A stretch of DNA of 59,967 nucleotides from a virus (lineage: Duplodnaviria > Caudoviricetes), in IMG/VR virus record IMGVR_UViG_3300043410_001381, positions 1-59,967 of that record; one strand, given 5' to 3'. Of this stretch, positions 20,382-29,180 are shown piece by piece. Under the pieces are notes generated by a model. The model ran no database searches, had not been told where the DNA came from, and worked only from the letters and a program-made list of their open reading frames with translations. The first letter of the stretch is position 1, and every line of letters starts with the position of its first letter. Made by a program: the position numbers and the translations under genes.

Positions 20382-21069
20382 TTTGTTCTCCGAGGCTAAG
20401 TTCAGCACTCTGTAGTTTATTAATATATTTACGCAACTTGTCGATTTGCCCACGAGCTCTTAGAAGTTTAAATGCTAAGTTCTCTACACTTTCCTCACCA
20501 TTGGATTCCAATCCTGCCTTGCGTAAGCGATAGATTTCTTCCATTGTTTCCTGCGCCTTCTCTAAACTAGATGAACGCAAGGCTTGGTTAATTTGACCAG
20601 CGTAGTTACGTGCTTTACTTTTGATCTCTTCAGGTCTAACCTTTGGTGGATTGTGTTGTGGTTCACTGATCCACTTGTTACGTAAGACGCTATAAATGCC
20701 TGCTGAGAAATGAGTATCTTTTGCTTGCTGTACATAAAGCTCAACATCGATACCATGTATCTTGATGTCGTGTACAAAGTTATAATTGTTCTTTTTAGCT
20801 GTGAATAGTTCAGCTTGTGTTGGGTGGTAATCAGCTACGATATGCAAATCAATATCTGAATACTGTGAGTAGTTGTAACCAGCATTACTACCACTGATAG
20901 TAATATCTTTAACTTCTAAGTCTGGTGTTTTTAGGAATTCGACAAAGTGTTCAGCTATTTGAATTAGCTTTCTGCGAACTTCTGGAATTAGCTTATTATC
21001 TTCCCAAATCTCTGGATTCAGAGTGGCGTTATAAGATAGTGGCTGTACGGATAATTCTTGGAAGTTCAT
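20368..21069 (-). CDS. Pol-beta superfamily nucleotidyltransferase
   Basis: GSN...SDIDLH motif, VELYVQ third acidic strand. Confidence 0.75.
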   Translation of the reverse strand: MNFQELSVQPLSYNATLNPEIWEDNKLIPEVRRKLIQIAEHFVEFLKTPDLEVKDITISGSNAGYNYSQYSDIDLHIVADYHPTQAELFTAKKNNYNFVHDIKIHGIDVELYVQQAKDTHFSAGIYSVLRNKWISEPQHNPPKVRPEEIKSKARNYAGQINQALRSSSLEKAQETMEEIYRLRKAGLESNGEESVENLAFKLLRARGQIDKLRKYINKLQSAELSLGEQNEDQ

Positions 21070-21084
21070 TCATTATTTAACTAA

Positions 21085-21402
21085 TTAGATTCCAAGGAAT
21101 TTTAAAACCTGGGGGATTGTTGTGGCGTGGATCCAACCTGCGCCTGCTGCAAATGCTAGGGCGATCATGCCCCATTTTGTCCATTTGTTTTTGACTGTTT
21201 CTAAGTCTTTGATCTTATTGGCAAGCTCACTGTGTTGTATAGTAGAAGCGGTACGCATTTCGGTTAATGTGTTTGTTAAACTGACAGATAGGTCTTTAAC
21301 GTCATTCTTGATATCATCAAGTTTAACATCTACGTTGTCCATCTTTACTTCTAAAACGCTCACACGTTCAGGAAGCGTAGCTAATGCGTTATCTCTAGCC
21401 AT
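21085..21402 (-). CDS. Coiled-coil protein with C-terminal TM (XhlA/holin-like)
   Basis: ERVSVLE heptads then hydrophobic tail; TAAATA at 21477-21482. Confidence 0.55.
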   Translation of the reverse strand: MARDNALATLPERVSVLEVKMDNVDVKLDDIKNDVKDLSVSLTNTLTEMRTASTIQHSELANKIKDLETVKNKWTKWGMIALAFAAGAGWIHATTIPQVLKFLGI

Positions 21403-21479
21403 TGTGGCTTCTCCTTAGAATCAGTATTACTCTATACTGTGCTTGAGCCTAAATCGATGTGCCTTTGTTCTAAGTATAT

Positions 21480-21884
21480 TTATTGTTTTACGTGAAAAAC
21501 AATGTTGGCACCAGGGTTAGCAGTATTAAAAACTGCGTAGTTTTGCTCCATTGCTTCGTCAAGACCGTTGATATAGGGGACTAGATGGAAGTCCTCTTTT
21601 AGTGCTGCAACTGGGTCACCGCCGAGTTCATACACAAAATCACGATCTGTGTAAAAATCAAAGCGCCATACACGAATAATATCGTCTGTATTAAACCCAA
21701 CCAATCTTCCTTTTACTTCTGTGACTACTGGGTCATGTTTAAAGGAAATATTTGAACGCATACCCAACGTCTGTAATACTGTATTGAAGTTTTGTTCTTT
21801 CCATCGTAGGTTTTCTTTACCTACTTCAGGTCTATGTTGCTTTGTGTGGCTTATATCAACCAGCGTGTATAACTTGTATTCCAT
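21480..21884 (-). CDS. Phage hypothetical protein
   Basis: YTLVDI...EQNFNTVLQTLGMRSN; start 4 nt after TAAATA. Confidence 0.65.
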   Translation of the reverse strand: MEYKLYTLVDISHTKQHRPEVGKENLRWKEQNFNTVLQTLGMRSNISFKHDPVVTEVKGRLVGFNTDDIIRVWRFDFYTDRDFVYELGGDPVAALKEDFHLVPYINGLDEAMEQNYAVFNTANPGANIVFHVKQ

Positions 21885-21903
21885 GCTGTATTTAACAGTC
21901 ATG

Positions 21904-21928
21904 AAAAAGGGCGGAATAAATCCGCCCT
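21904..21928 (-). terminator. Intrinsic terminator
   Basis: AGGGCGGA-loop-TCCGCCCT followed by T run on minus strand. Confidence 0.85.
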
Positions 21929-21948
21929 AGTCTTCCCATCCCTGAGAA

Positions 21949-22416
21949 TTATAGTGTTGTACCGATAGCGATAGTTGGAGTTGTAACTGCAACTGTTGCG
22001 CTAGAATTTAAGCTAGCTGCAATAACTGCTTCAACCAAACCATAACCTGTACCGATAGCACCGTCAGTGTCACCGTTACCGCTGTCTGAGCTGTTAGCTG
22101 TATCTAAAGCAACAACTGCTAAGAAACCACCAGCTACTGGTGCATAAACTGCATACACTTCAGCATAAGTTTGTAGTGCGCGAACTGCTTTAGCGAACAA
22201 GCTACCAGCTGCTGTGTAATCAGCACCTGAAGAACCGTCTGCGTAACGCATGTCGTTTGTACCACCAGAAACTGCTACCTTGATGATAGACAATTGACGT
22301 GTACCAAAGTTTGTGTACTTCTCACCAATACCATAAGATTGTTGTGATGGCATTGCATTGTAGTTAGCTGCTACGTTAACGCCTGAACCAGCGTCTGCTC
22401 CGATTAATGAAGGCAT
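21949..22416 (-). CDS. Probable abundant virion protein (decoration-like)
   Basis: Ala/Gly/Thr-rich, monocistronic: TAAATA 22468-22473, AGGAG SD, own terminator. Confidence 0.55.
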   Translation of the reverse strand: MPSLIGADAGSGVNVAANYNAMPSQQSYGIGEKYTNFGTRQLSIIKVAVSGGTNDMRYADGSSGADYTAAGSLFAKAVRALQTYAEVYAVYAPVAGGFLAVVALDTANSSDSGNGDTDGAIGTGYGLVEAVIAASLNSSATVAVTTPTIAIGTTL

Positions 22417-22484
22417 AATATTCTCCTAATTTTGTTTAAACCTACACTCTGTAGGCCTTTGTATATGTATTTAGTATCTAGATG

Positions 22485-22511
22485 AAAAAACCCAGTCAAA
22501 TGGCTGGGTTT
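22485..22511 (-). terminator. Intrinsic terminator
   Basis: AAACCCAGCCA-TT-TGACTGGGTTTTTT. Confidence 0.75.
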
Positions 22512-22531
22512 CGTTATTTCGGAAAGGCTGT

Positions 22532-22783
22532 TTATTGCTTGTTTTCTTGTATTTTCTTAATGCCACGTTTAAATTTGGTGCCATCGCCAGCTTTAATACT
22601 GTTAAGAAAGCGTCTTTCTAGCTCAGTTGCAGTTTCGATGTCATAGTTTTCCTTGATCATCTCTAAAAGGTTGATGGCACTCTGAATGATATTAGAGGCT
22701 CTCGCCTCAATAATCATGTCAGTGTCACGACTCAACCCAATGTCGCTTAACTCTTGTAGAATACTTCGTGTGCTTTTTCGCAT
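22532..22783 (-). CDS. Phage hypothetical protein
   Basis: TRSILQEL...ELERRFLNSIK...KFKRGI. Confidence 0.7.
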   Translation of the reverse strand: MRKSTRSILQELSDIGLSRDTDMIIEARASNIIQSAINLLEMIKENYDIETATELERRFLNSIKAGDGTKFKRGIKKIQENKQ

Positions 22784-22800
22784 ATAAACTCTCTATACAT

Positions 22801-22883
22801 TATTTATTTGAATTATACGTCTATTACAATTAAAAGTCAAACTACTTGACTTTTGCTGCACCCGCACATAAAATTGCTAAATA
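22801..22883. promoter_or_regulatory. Mirror-symmetric divergent promoter pair with PhaR-box-like spacer
   Basis: Minus: TTGACT(22840)-17-TATAAT then TAAATA; plus: TTGACT(22846)-17-TAAAAT then TAAATA; plus spacer contains TTGCTGCACCCGCACA. Confidence 0.7.
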
Positions 22884-22933
22884 TATCAGTAGAAACCATG
22901 AGTTACTACACACACATTTACAGAGGATATCAA

Positions 22934-23095
22934 ATGTTAAAACTATTCACAAGATGGTTTAATCAGCCATCGCATCAAACTGATTTAGATGAGTTTATCT
23001 CATCTAAGAATCCTACAACAGTAGCTGAAGTAGACTACTGGACTAGAGAATTCGATAAAAAACAACAAGACTTTGTTTGGGCAAGAGGTTTATGA
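22934..23095 (+). CDS. Small protein, DUF3563-like
   Basis: GAGGA SD; LDEFISSKNPTTVAEVDYWTREFD. Confidence 0.55.
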   Translation: MLKLFTRWFNQPSHQTDLDEFISSKNPTTVAEVDYWTREFDKKQQDFVWARGL

Positions 23096-23187
23096 AATTC
23101 ATCCAAGCAATCAAGAAATTCTTCGAAGCATACGCAGAGGCAAGGTATGAGTACCTTAAAAAGCACAGAAACAACGCCTGGTATTAA
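23092..23187 (+). CDS. 31-aa hypothetical protein
   Basis: GAGG SD, ATGA overlap; MKFIQAIKKFFEAYAEARYEYLKKHRNNAWY. Confidence 0.55.
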   Translation: MKFIQAIKKFFEAYAEARYEYLKKHRNNAWY

Positions 23188-23260
23188 GACGCCGCTCGGG
23201 GAAAGGATCGCACTATGGCTTATTGTTGCTATAGTGATTTACTTATTCTGGAATCAATAA
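23147..23260 (+). CDS. 37-aa single-TM protein
   Basis: MSTLK...IALWLIVAIVIYLFWNQ; stop 1 nt before GNAT start. Confidence 0.5.
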   Translation: MSTLKSTETTPGIKTPLGERIALWLIVAIVIYLFWNQ

Positions 23261-23261
23261 A

Positions 23262-23831
23262 ATGTATACTATCTATAAACTACCCGTAACTGAGTTGGAT
23301 AGATATAGGGCTCATTTATTAATGTTAGATACTGAAAGCCGCTATATGCGTTTTGGCTTTCATATTAGCAACGATGTTATTAACCAGCTTATTGAGAAAT
23401 GGAAGTTAAATTCACATAAGCATAAGATCTTTGCTATTGAAGACGATAACTTGGAAATCGTCGGAGTTGCACACGTCAGCTTAGAAGACGACGTGCCAGA
23501 ACTTGCTTTCAGCGTGTTTAAAGACCACCAGGGCAAGGGCATGGGTGATGCTCTAATGAAACGTGCTGTTGAGTACTGTCAGAACAAGGGCATCAAAGCA
23601 GGCTGCATGGTCTGTTTGGGCACTAACGATAAAATCAAACGTCTAGCACGTAAGAACAACGTACTAGTTAAAACTGAAGACGGTGACAGTGTTGGGGAAA
23701 TTACTATCCCTAAACCTACCCCTGTTAGCTACTGGCACGAGTACTTTGAAGACAGCGTGGGTAAATTGGACCACTTGGGCAAAGCACAAAGAAAATTTGC
23801 TCAAATGTTCAGATTTCCATTGACTTTTTAA
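23262..23831 (+). CDS. GNAT family acetyltransferase
   Basis: SRYMRFG, ELAFSV, HQGKGMG acetyl-CoA motif. Confidence 0.88.
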   Translation: MYTIYKLPVTELDRYRAHLLMLDTESRYMRFGFHISNDVINQLIEKWKLNSHKHKIFAIEDDNLEIVGVAHVSLEDDVPELAFSVFKDHQGKGMGDALMKRAVEYCQNKGIKAGCMVCLGTNDKIKRLARKNNVLVKTEDGDSVGEITIPKPTPVSYWHEYFEDSVGKLDHLGKAQRKFAQMFRFPLTF

Positions 23832-23848
23832 GAAGTAGGATATATAAT
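23820..23848 (+). promoter_or_regulatory. sigma70-type promoter
   Basis: TTGACT-17-TATAAT. Confidence 0.75.
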
Positions 23849-23905
23849 AGACAATGTACACACATACATTGTGACACACAAAAACATACACACAGGAGAA
23901 ATAAT

Positions 23906-24109
23906 ATGTTTAATCAAGTAATCGACGCCATTCAAGATGGCAAAAAGCAAATCGTTAACACTTTTGTTAAGGATGAATCATTTAAGTCAGAACTAACCAA
24001 GTTGGTTGATGCTCAAACTAAGTTCGCTAAGGGCTCAGTGCAAAGCACATTGGATATCGCTCAAGCATTCGTGAAGAACGCTTCAAACGCATTTTACAAG
24101 AAGGCTTAA
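23906..24109 (+). CDS. Small amphipathic helical protein, phasin-like
   Basis: AGGAG SD; VIDAIQDGKKQIVNTFV...LVDAQTKFAK. Confidence 0.5.
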   Translation: MFNQVIDAIQDGKKQIVNTFVKDESFKSELTKLVDAQTKFAKGSVQSTLDIAQAFVKNASNAFYKKA

Positions 24110-24113
24110 TATC

Positions 24114-24377
24114 ATGTCAGATACTCCAAAACTACCTGAAGTTAAGTTTAACAAAAACGGTTACGAAATTCGTACAGACATTTTAGCAATGGCTAAAGAC
24201 GTTGTTATGCAAGATTACCAAGTTAAGTTCGCAGGTTGGCAAATGTCAGCCCAGAAGGATCTTTCAACTGGTCAAATTGTTACACAAGTCGGAATGCCAG
24301 AATTCCCAGGTATGGACAAAATCTTGGAAGCTGCTGAAAAGTTTTACGGTTTTGTTAATACCGGAAACAAGAAGTAA
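24114..24377 (+). CDS. Phage hypothetical protein
   Basis: KNGYEIRTDILAMAKD...AEKFYGFV. Confidence 0.7.
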   Translation: MSDTPKLPEVKFNKNGYEIRTDILAMAKDVVMQDYQVKFAGWQMSAQKDLSTGQIVTQVGMPEFPGMDKILEAAEKFYGFVNTGNKK

Positions 24378-24427
24378 TTATTAAAGAGTTTATATTACTC
24401 CCATAGGGAATATTATATGTTAGATGG

Positions 24428-24450
24428 AAAAGGGCCTTCGGGCCCTTTTT
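24428..24450. terminator. Bidirectional intrinsic terminator
   Basis: AAAAGGGCC-TTCG-GGCCCTTTTT between convergent genes. Confidence 0.92.
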
Positions 24451-24451
24451 C

Positions 24452-24859
24452 TTATTCTATACTTTCTTGAGCAAATAACTGCGGATGTTTCTTACCCCAT
24501 TTCCGCATAATGACTGCGGCTGTGGCATTTGCTTCATTTTCAATTGGACTACCGTCTGCACCTGGATCTTCCATTTTGTCCAAATCACCATTCAAGTCTT
24601 GCTTGTAATGCACAAGCTCGTGTGCCAGTGTACGGCATACATCCATTATGTGACGATTTTTAACAGTGATATTGATGTCCTTGTTGCCGTATCCACCAAA
24701 ACTACTGTGCTTAATTGCACGTTCATTATCAAATGTAAAGTTTAATTTTGGTAAACTTTTCAGTTCTAAATGTTCAGCCGCAAATCTAACAAACTCGTGA
24801 AGAATGTCAAAAGTTTGTTTTTTGTTTAAGCCTTCAGTTAATAGTTCTTTTACTTTCAT
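24452..24859 (-). CDS. HExxH zinc metallopeptidase-like protein
   Basis: RTLAHELVH...ENEANA; TATAAATA 4 nt before ATG. Confidence 0.75.
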   Translation of the reverse strand: MKVKELLTEGLNKKQTFDILHEFVRFAAEHLELKSLPKLNFTFDNERAIKHSSFGGYGNKDINITVKNRHIMDVCRTLAHELVHYKQDLNGDLDKMEDPGADGSPIENEANATAAVIMRKWGKKHPQLFAQESIE

Positions 24860-24866
24860 ATTCTAT

Positions 24867-26585
24867 TTATAGCTTAATGTATACACCACTAACTGTTGAA
24901 TTAATCGATATAATTTCCATAAACACCGTTGATCCAGCGTTAACAGAAACGGAAGTGCTACCCGTTGATACTTGAATAGCTGTAACTCCGCCTAATGTAA
25001 GAGAATCAGTTCCGGTTCCTGCTGATTTAGTTGCCATAACCTTAACAACTCTACCAGCAATATAGTTTGAATAGGTAACAGTCATGCCGTTGCCCCATGT
25101 ACAATAAACAATGCTATCCGCAGTAAAATCAATATTCAATGTGCCACCGTCTGCAACAGTTCCAGCATCGCGTACTTCACGATATAGTTTACCGTATAAA
25201 TTACCTGCTTGAACTGAGCCAGTGACATTCAAACTGCCCAGTGTACCTACACTAGTTAAACTACTTGTGACTACTGTTGAGTTTAATGTTGTGCCAGTTA
25301 GTGTGCCTGCGGCTGCTGTGACTGTGCCACTAGCACCTAGCGCAATACTAGTTCCGTTGACTGTGACACTGCTATTGGCTAGTTTGTTATTGGCAATACT
25401 ACCAGCTAACATTGTGTTAGTCACTGTGCCAGTATCAGTAGTATAAACACCGTTTGTGACTGTGCCAGCATTGCCACTAACATTACCAGTGACGTTACCA
25501 GTTAAGTTGCCTGTAAATGTTGCGGCTGTAATGCCTGTTGAGCGAATAGTTGCGGCCACTACACCTGTGTTAGATCCAATGGGTGCTAGTCTAAATTGAG
25601 CATAGGTTCCTGTAGCAGTTGAGCTAGAGAATGTTTCTGCGGCAAAGAACTGTAGTCCAGCAACTTGTCCCGGACTGTATCTAGCACTACTTGCTACCCA
25701 ACCTAGAGCAGAGTAGTTGCCAATTAAGTCATCTGCTAATACTGGTAGTGGGCTTGCGGGTGTGCCACGAGCAGTTCTCATAGCAATAGTTCCATAGCCC
25801 GCAGCAGCACCAAGAGCGGTTTGTGGACCAGTTGCGGCTGTTAAGAATCCGTCAATGGTCACACGAACAAGAGTATCTGGGTTACCAGTAATGTGTAACA
25901 TGCCACCAGGGCCCGTCACTGGCATATAAGTGCCGTCAGCACTACCAACAATGTTTAATGCGCCTTCTGATCCTGTTGGAACATTAGGTGTACGGATTGT
26001 AATATACCCATCAGTACTGACCTTAAACACGGGATCAATTTCTAATTCTGTTGTCACGTCACCGTCTAGTTTATGGACATGGAACTCGCCCAGAATGTTA
26101 ACTGTGCCTGTGCCGTTTGATGCTATAACAATATCTTCGTTTGGATTGATGCTACCCAATAGGGCATAGTCAGCATTGTTAGTATAGGAATCCACTAAGG
26201 CATAAAAATCACCAAACGAAAAACTTAATCCTTCTGAATTGATAATGAGCTGCCCTTCTCCGTTTGTAGTAACACCCGGGCCTAATTTAATACCACCTAT
26301 TTTATTTGCTGTGGCAGTATCAATAGTAGGAAGAAATTCACCATTGTTATAGCACCATAATTCGTAAGTTGTGGGATTAAACCACATCTGACCTGTTGCA
26401 ACCACTGTTGGTTCTGTGGTACTAACTAATGTAGTGGGAGTGATAGGGAATCCACCTGGTGTTGACCCGTCACTAACTCTTAATACTTTTTCAGCTGGAT
26501 CGTAAAACAGTCTACCTGCATGTCCAACATAGTTAGAAATAGTAGGACCGTTATTGCGGCTTAACCATAAATCATAGATGGCCAT
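24867..26585 (-). CDS. Tail fibre-like protein
   Basis: Gly/Thr/Ser-rich; GNLTGNVTGNVSGN and SSLTSVGTL fibre repeats. Confidence 0.75.
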   Translation of the reverse strand: MAIYDLWLSRNNGPTISNYVGHAGRLFYDPAEKVLRVSDGSTPGGFPITPTTLVSTTEPTVVATGQMWFNPTTYELWCYNNGEFLPTIDTATANKIGGIKLGPGVTTNGEGQLIINSEGLSFSFGDFYALVDSYTNNADYALLGSINPNEDIVIASNGTGTVNILGEFHVHKLDGDVTTELEIDPVFKVSTDGYITIRTPNVPTGSEGALNIVGSADGTYMPVTGPGGMLHITGNPDTLVRVTIDGFLTAATGPQTALGAAAGYGTIAMRTARGTPASPLPVLADDLIGNYSALGWVASSARYSPGQVAGLQFFAAETFSSSTATGTYAQFRLAPIGSNTGVVAATIRSTGITAATFTGNLTGNVTGNVSGNAGTVTNGVYTTDTGTVTNTMLAGSIANNKLANSSVTVNGTSIALGASGTVTAAAGTLTGTTLNSTVVTSSLTSVGTLGSLNVTGSVQAGNLYGKLYREVRDAGTVADGGTLNIDFTADSIVYCTWGNGMTVTYSNYIAGRVVKVMATKSAGTGTDSLTLGGVTAIQVSTGSTSVSVNAGSTVFMEIISINSTVSGVYIKL

Positions 26586-26589
26586 TTCT

Positions 26590-26922
26590 TTATCCTACAA
26601 TATCGTTGTCTTCGCCTGCAACGTGTTGAACTACTGCTTTAATACCAGTTAGTTTCTTAATATCGTCTAACTCATCACTGCCTTTACTGTCATAAGCATT
26701 ATCCATGCCTGCTGACTTCTTGAGAATTTCAAGTTTTTGCTGTAATGGTGGGATCATAACGCCAGTTAGTTCAACATCTTGATCACCAGAGTCTGCTCCA
26801 GCTTCAACATCATGTTGGAAATCATCTGCCGATTTTTCCATATTTCCAGCACCTTGTTGCTCTTCATCACCTTGTTGATCCAACATGTCTGCAACGTTGC
26901 GTAAAATATCTGCCATTTTCAT
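26590..26922 (-). CDS. Acidic hypothetical, probable virion protein
   Basis: IPPLQQKLEILKK; GAGG SD. Confidence 0.6.
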   Translation of the reverse strand: MKMADILRNVADMLDQQGDEEQQGAGNMEKSADDFQHDVEAGADSGDQDVELTGVMIPPLQQKLEILKKSAGMDNAYDSKGSDELDDIKKLTGIKAVVQHVAGEDNDIVG

Positions 26923-26934
26923 ATATTAATCCTC

Positions 26935-27111
26935 TTAAGCCTTGGTCCATGGATGCCCTTTTACTGGGCTTACTGTGCCTGGGCTCGTGTAAATGTTGTA
27001 TGGACGATATCCATTGGTGCCCGCAGCTTGACGCTTGGTCTGAGCTATTGCCAGCTTTAAGTCTCTTCGTTCAGATTTTGGGGAATGTGTAGAAACGCCG
27101 TTCGCAGCCAT
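26935..27111 (-). CDS. 58-aa basic protein, probable virion protein
   Basis: Manual ORF MAANGVST...KGHPWTKA; AAGGA SD; TAAATA at 27130-27135. Confidence 0.65.
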   Translation of the reverse strand: MAANGVSTHSPKSERRDLKLAIAQTKRQAAGTNGYRPYNIYTSPGTVSPVKGHPWTKA

Positions 27112-27132
27112 AGATATATCCTTTAGATATAT

Positions 27133-27336
27133 TTAGCTTTTGCCCCAGCGTATGCTATCCCAAATTCGTTCGTGAAAATAATAGAGGATTGTGTTGATCG
27201 TTACTTGAATTAACGCTATTGACGTAGCGACACCGAGACTACCCAGTATCAAGTAAGAAATGAGGAAAGTGCTGGCGCTTCCTGTAAAACGCCAGCTGAT
27301 TGTTTTTGCTAAACTACGTTGTGGACTATCACTCAA
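27133..27336 (-). CDS. DUF2061-like membrane protein
   Basis: RSLAKTISWR...YYFHERIW; TTG start overlapping upstream stop. Confidence 0.8.
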   Translation of the reverse strand: MSDSPQRSLAKTISWRFTGSASTFLISYLILGSLGVATSIALIQVTINTILYYFHERIWDSIRWGKS

Positions 27337-28126
27337 GGCCCATTTCTTTGCGAATTTTTGTAGCACTAATACTCGTTATTGTTTCGTCAAAGCTCTCTTG
27401 TTCAATCCTGTAGCCTACATCACGTCCGTATGTAATGTTGGTAATGTTTGGAACTAGCTGTATCATAAACTGCCCTTGATACACTGGTTCCAAGTCACGT
27501 TTAATATTGTGTACCACTTGGTGGAAATCAAATGGGTTGCTATCTTGCCATCCCTGACAGTCACGTACCATAATACAAACTTGTCCAGTTTTAGCGATGG
27601 CACGTTCAAACAATGCTCGGTGGCCTTTGTGCCAAGGTTGCCAACGTCCTAACATCTGTACCGTTTCTTTCTTGTTATCCCACTTGGGACGTCTACGGTT
27701 ATCCGCGATGTGGTCTGCAATAAATGGAGCCCACTTTTCAGCCCATTGCTCAGTTATGCGGAAATCGTAAATCTCTGGCTCTACAAACATCTTATTAGTA
27801 TCCTCGTATCGACCTTCATCGATACTATCTACCCAAATAGTCCAATCTGCTCTAAAGTTGTTACGCATCTCAACGAGTGGTGCAACGAAATCTACAATAC
27901 AATAATCAGTGTTGCTTGTATCTGCTAACTCACGCATACGATGGCTTTGTCTAATACGACCTTCACGACTAAAGTCCCAGTCATCGTAATGTCTACGAAC
28001 TTCATCAGCATTTAACCAACCAACAGTCTTACCGTGTTCTTCTAATTGCTTCTTTAATTGTTCTGCCAAATAGGTTTTACCAGCACCTGGTAAACCCATG
28101 ATTAAGATACGTTGTGCTTGCTTCAT
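27329..28126 (-). CDS. APS kinase-like domain fused to HxGH nucleotidyltransferase domain
   Basis: GLPGAGKT P-loop, LNADEVR, DFSREGR; GRWQPWHKGH...ISATKIR. Confidence 0.8.
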   Translation of the reverse strand: MKQAQRILIMGLPGAGKTYLAEQLKKQLEEHGKTVGWLNADEVRRHYDDWDFSREGRIRQSHRMRELADTSNTDYCIVDFVAPLVEMRNNFRADWTIWVDSIDEGRYEDTNKMFVEPEIYDFRITEQWAEKWAPFIADHIADNRRRPKWDNKKETVQMLGRWQPWHKGHRALFERAIAKTGQVCIMVRDCQGWQDSNPFDFHQVVHNIKRDLEPVYQGQFMIQLVPNITNITYGRDVGYRIEQESFDETITSISATKIRKEMGLE

Positions 28127-28428
28127 ACGCTGAAGCTACTTCCACAACCGCAAGTGGTTTGTGCATTTGGATTCTTAATTACAAATTGGCTGCCCATTAG
28201 GTCTTCTACGTAGTCAACAACGGCTTCGTCTAGGTACATTAGGCTCATGCTGTCAACTAATACTTGACCAATCTCCATATCATCTTCGTTCTTTGTTTGC
28301 TCAAAGTCGAAAATGTATTGGAATCCACTACATCCACCACCCTGTACACTGATACGTAAATAGGGTTCATTGTTTTCTTCAAGACCCATTTTAATTTCTT
28401 TTACTGCATTTTCTGTGATAGTAATCAT
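28123..28428 (-). CDS. erpA: A-type Fe-S carrier, ErpA-like
   Basis: GGGCSGFQY, NPNAQTTCGCGSSF. Confidence 0.85.
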   Translation of the reverse strand: MITITENAVKEIKMGLEENNEPYLRISVQGGGCSGFQYIFDFEQTKNEDDMEIGQVLVDSMSLMYLDEAVVDYVEDLMGSQFVIKNPNAQTTCGCGSSFSV

Positions 28429-28802
28429 TTGTGTTTTTCCTTGTAATCTGCCACGGCGGCTTTTATAGCATCTTCAGCAAGGATGCTACAATGGATTTTG
28501 ACTGGTGGCAATGCGAGTTCTTCAGCAATTTCTGAATTTTTAAGAGCTGCGGCTTGGTCCAACGTCTTGCCTTTAACCCATTCGGTAACAAGAGAGGACG
28601 ATGCGATTGCACTACCGCAACCGTACGTTTTAAATTTTGCATCTGTAATGATTCCGTCCTCAACTTTAATTTGTAGCTTCATTACATCACCACAAGCAGG
28701 CGCACCTACCATCCCAGTACCTACATCAGTATCGTTCTTATCAAACGAACCAACGTTCCTTGGATTCTCGTAATGATCGATAACTTTCTCTGAATATGCC
28801 AT
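28425..28802 (-). CDS. iscU: Fe-S scaffold IscU
   Basis: GAPACGD, YGCGSA, LPPVKIHC. Confidence 0.97.
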   Translation of the reverse strand: MAYSEKVIDHYENPRNVGSFDKNDTDVGTGMVGAPACGDVMKLQIKVEDGIITDAKFKTYGCGSAIASSSLVTEWVKGKTLDQAAALKNSEIAEELALPPVKIHCSILAEDAIKAAVADYKEKHK

Positions 28803-28804
28803 AG

Positions 28805-29125
28805 TTATACCCTAAAACTTTCGCCACATCCGCAGCGATCACGTTCGTTTGGATTATTAAATTCAAACCCCTCGTTTAAACCATTTCTAACATAGTCCAT
28901 AGTTAATCCAGACAAATATGCTAAACTCTTTGGGTCAACGAAAATCGTGACGCCACTACTTGTGTATTCTACATCATCTGGGGTGGGATTGTCAACGTAT
29001 TCGAGTACATACGCTAGTCCGGAGCAACCTGTGGTTTTTACACCTACACGAATACCTAGCCCGTGACCTCTTCGCTGTAAAGTGGCGATCACTTTACTCG
29101 CAGCTTTTTCTGAAAGTGTTATCAT
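28805..29125 (-). CDS. iscA: Fe-S assembly protein IscA
   Basis: [16 protein letters not shown]. Confidence 0.93.
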   Translation of the reverse strand: MITLSEKAASKVIATLQRRGHGLGIRVGVKTTGCSGLAYVLEYVDNPTPDDVEYTSSGVTIFVDPKSLAYLSGLTMDYVRNGLNEGFEFNNPNERDRCGCGESFRV

Positions 29126-29161
29126 ATTGGGGATCCTACGGTTAATTAGTGCCAACGAGAA

Positions 29162-29174
29162 TATTTATTAAATA
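29162..29174. promoter_or_regulatory. Back-to-back TAAATA late-type promoters
   Basis: TATTTA-T-TAAATA between divergent iscA and sulfotransferase genes. Confidence 0.65.
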
Positions 29175-29180
29175 CTGATC

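Noticed and set aside
25260-25520. Repeated GTGACTGTGCCA-like DNA
   Set aside because: Explained by GTVT/GNVT peptide repeats of the fibre.
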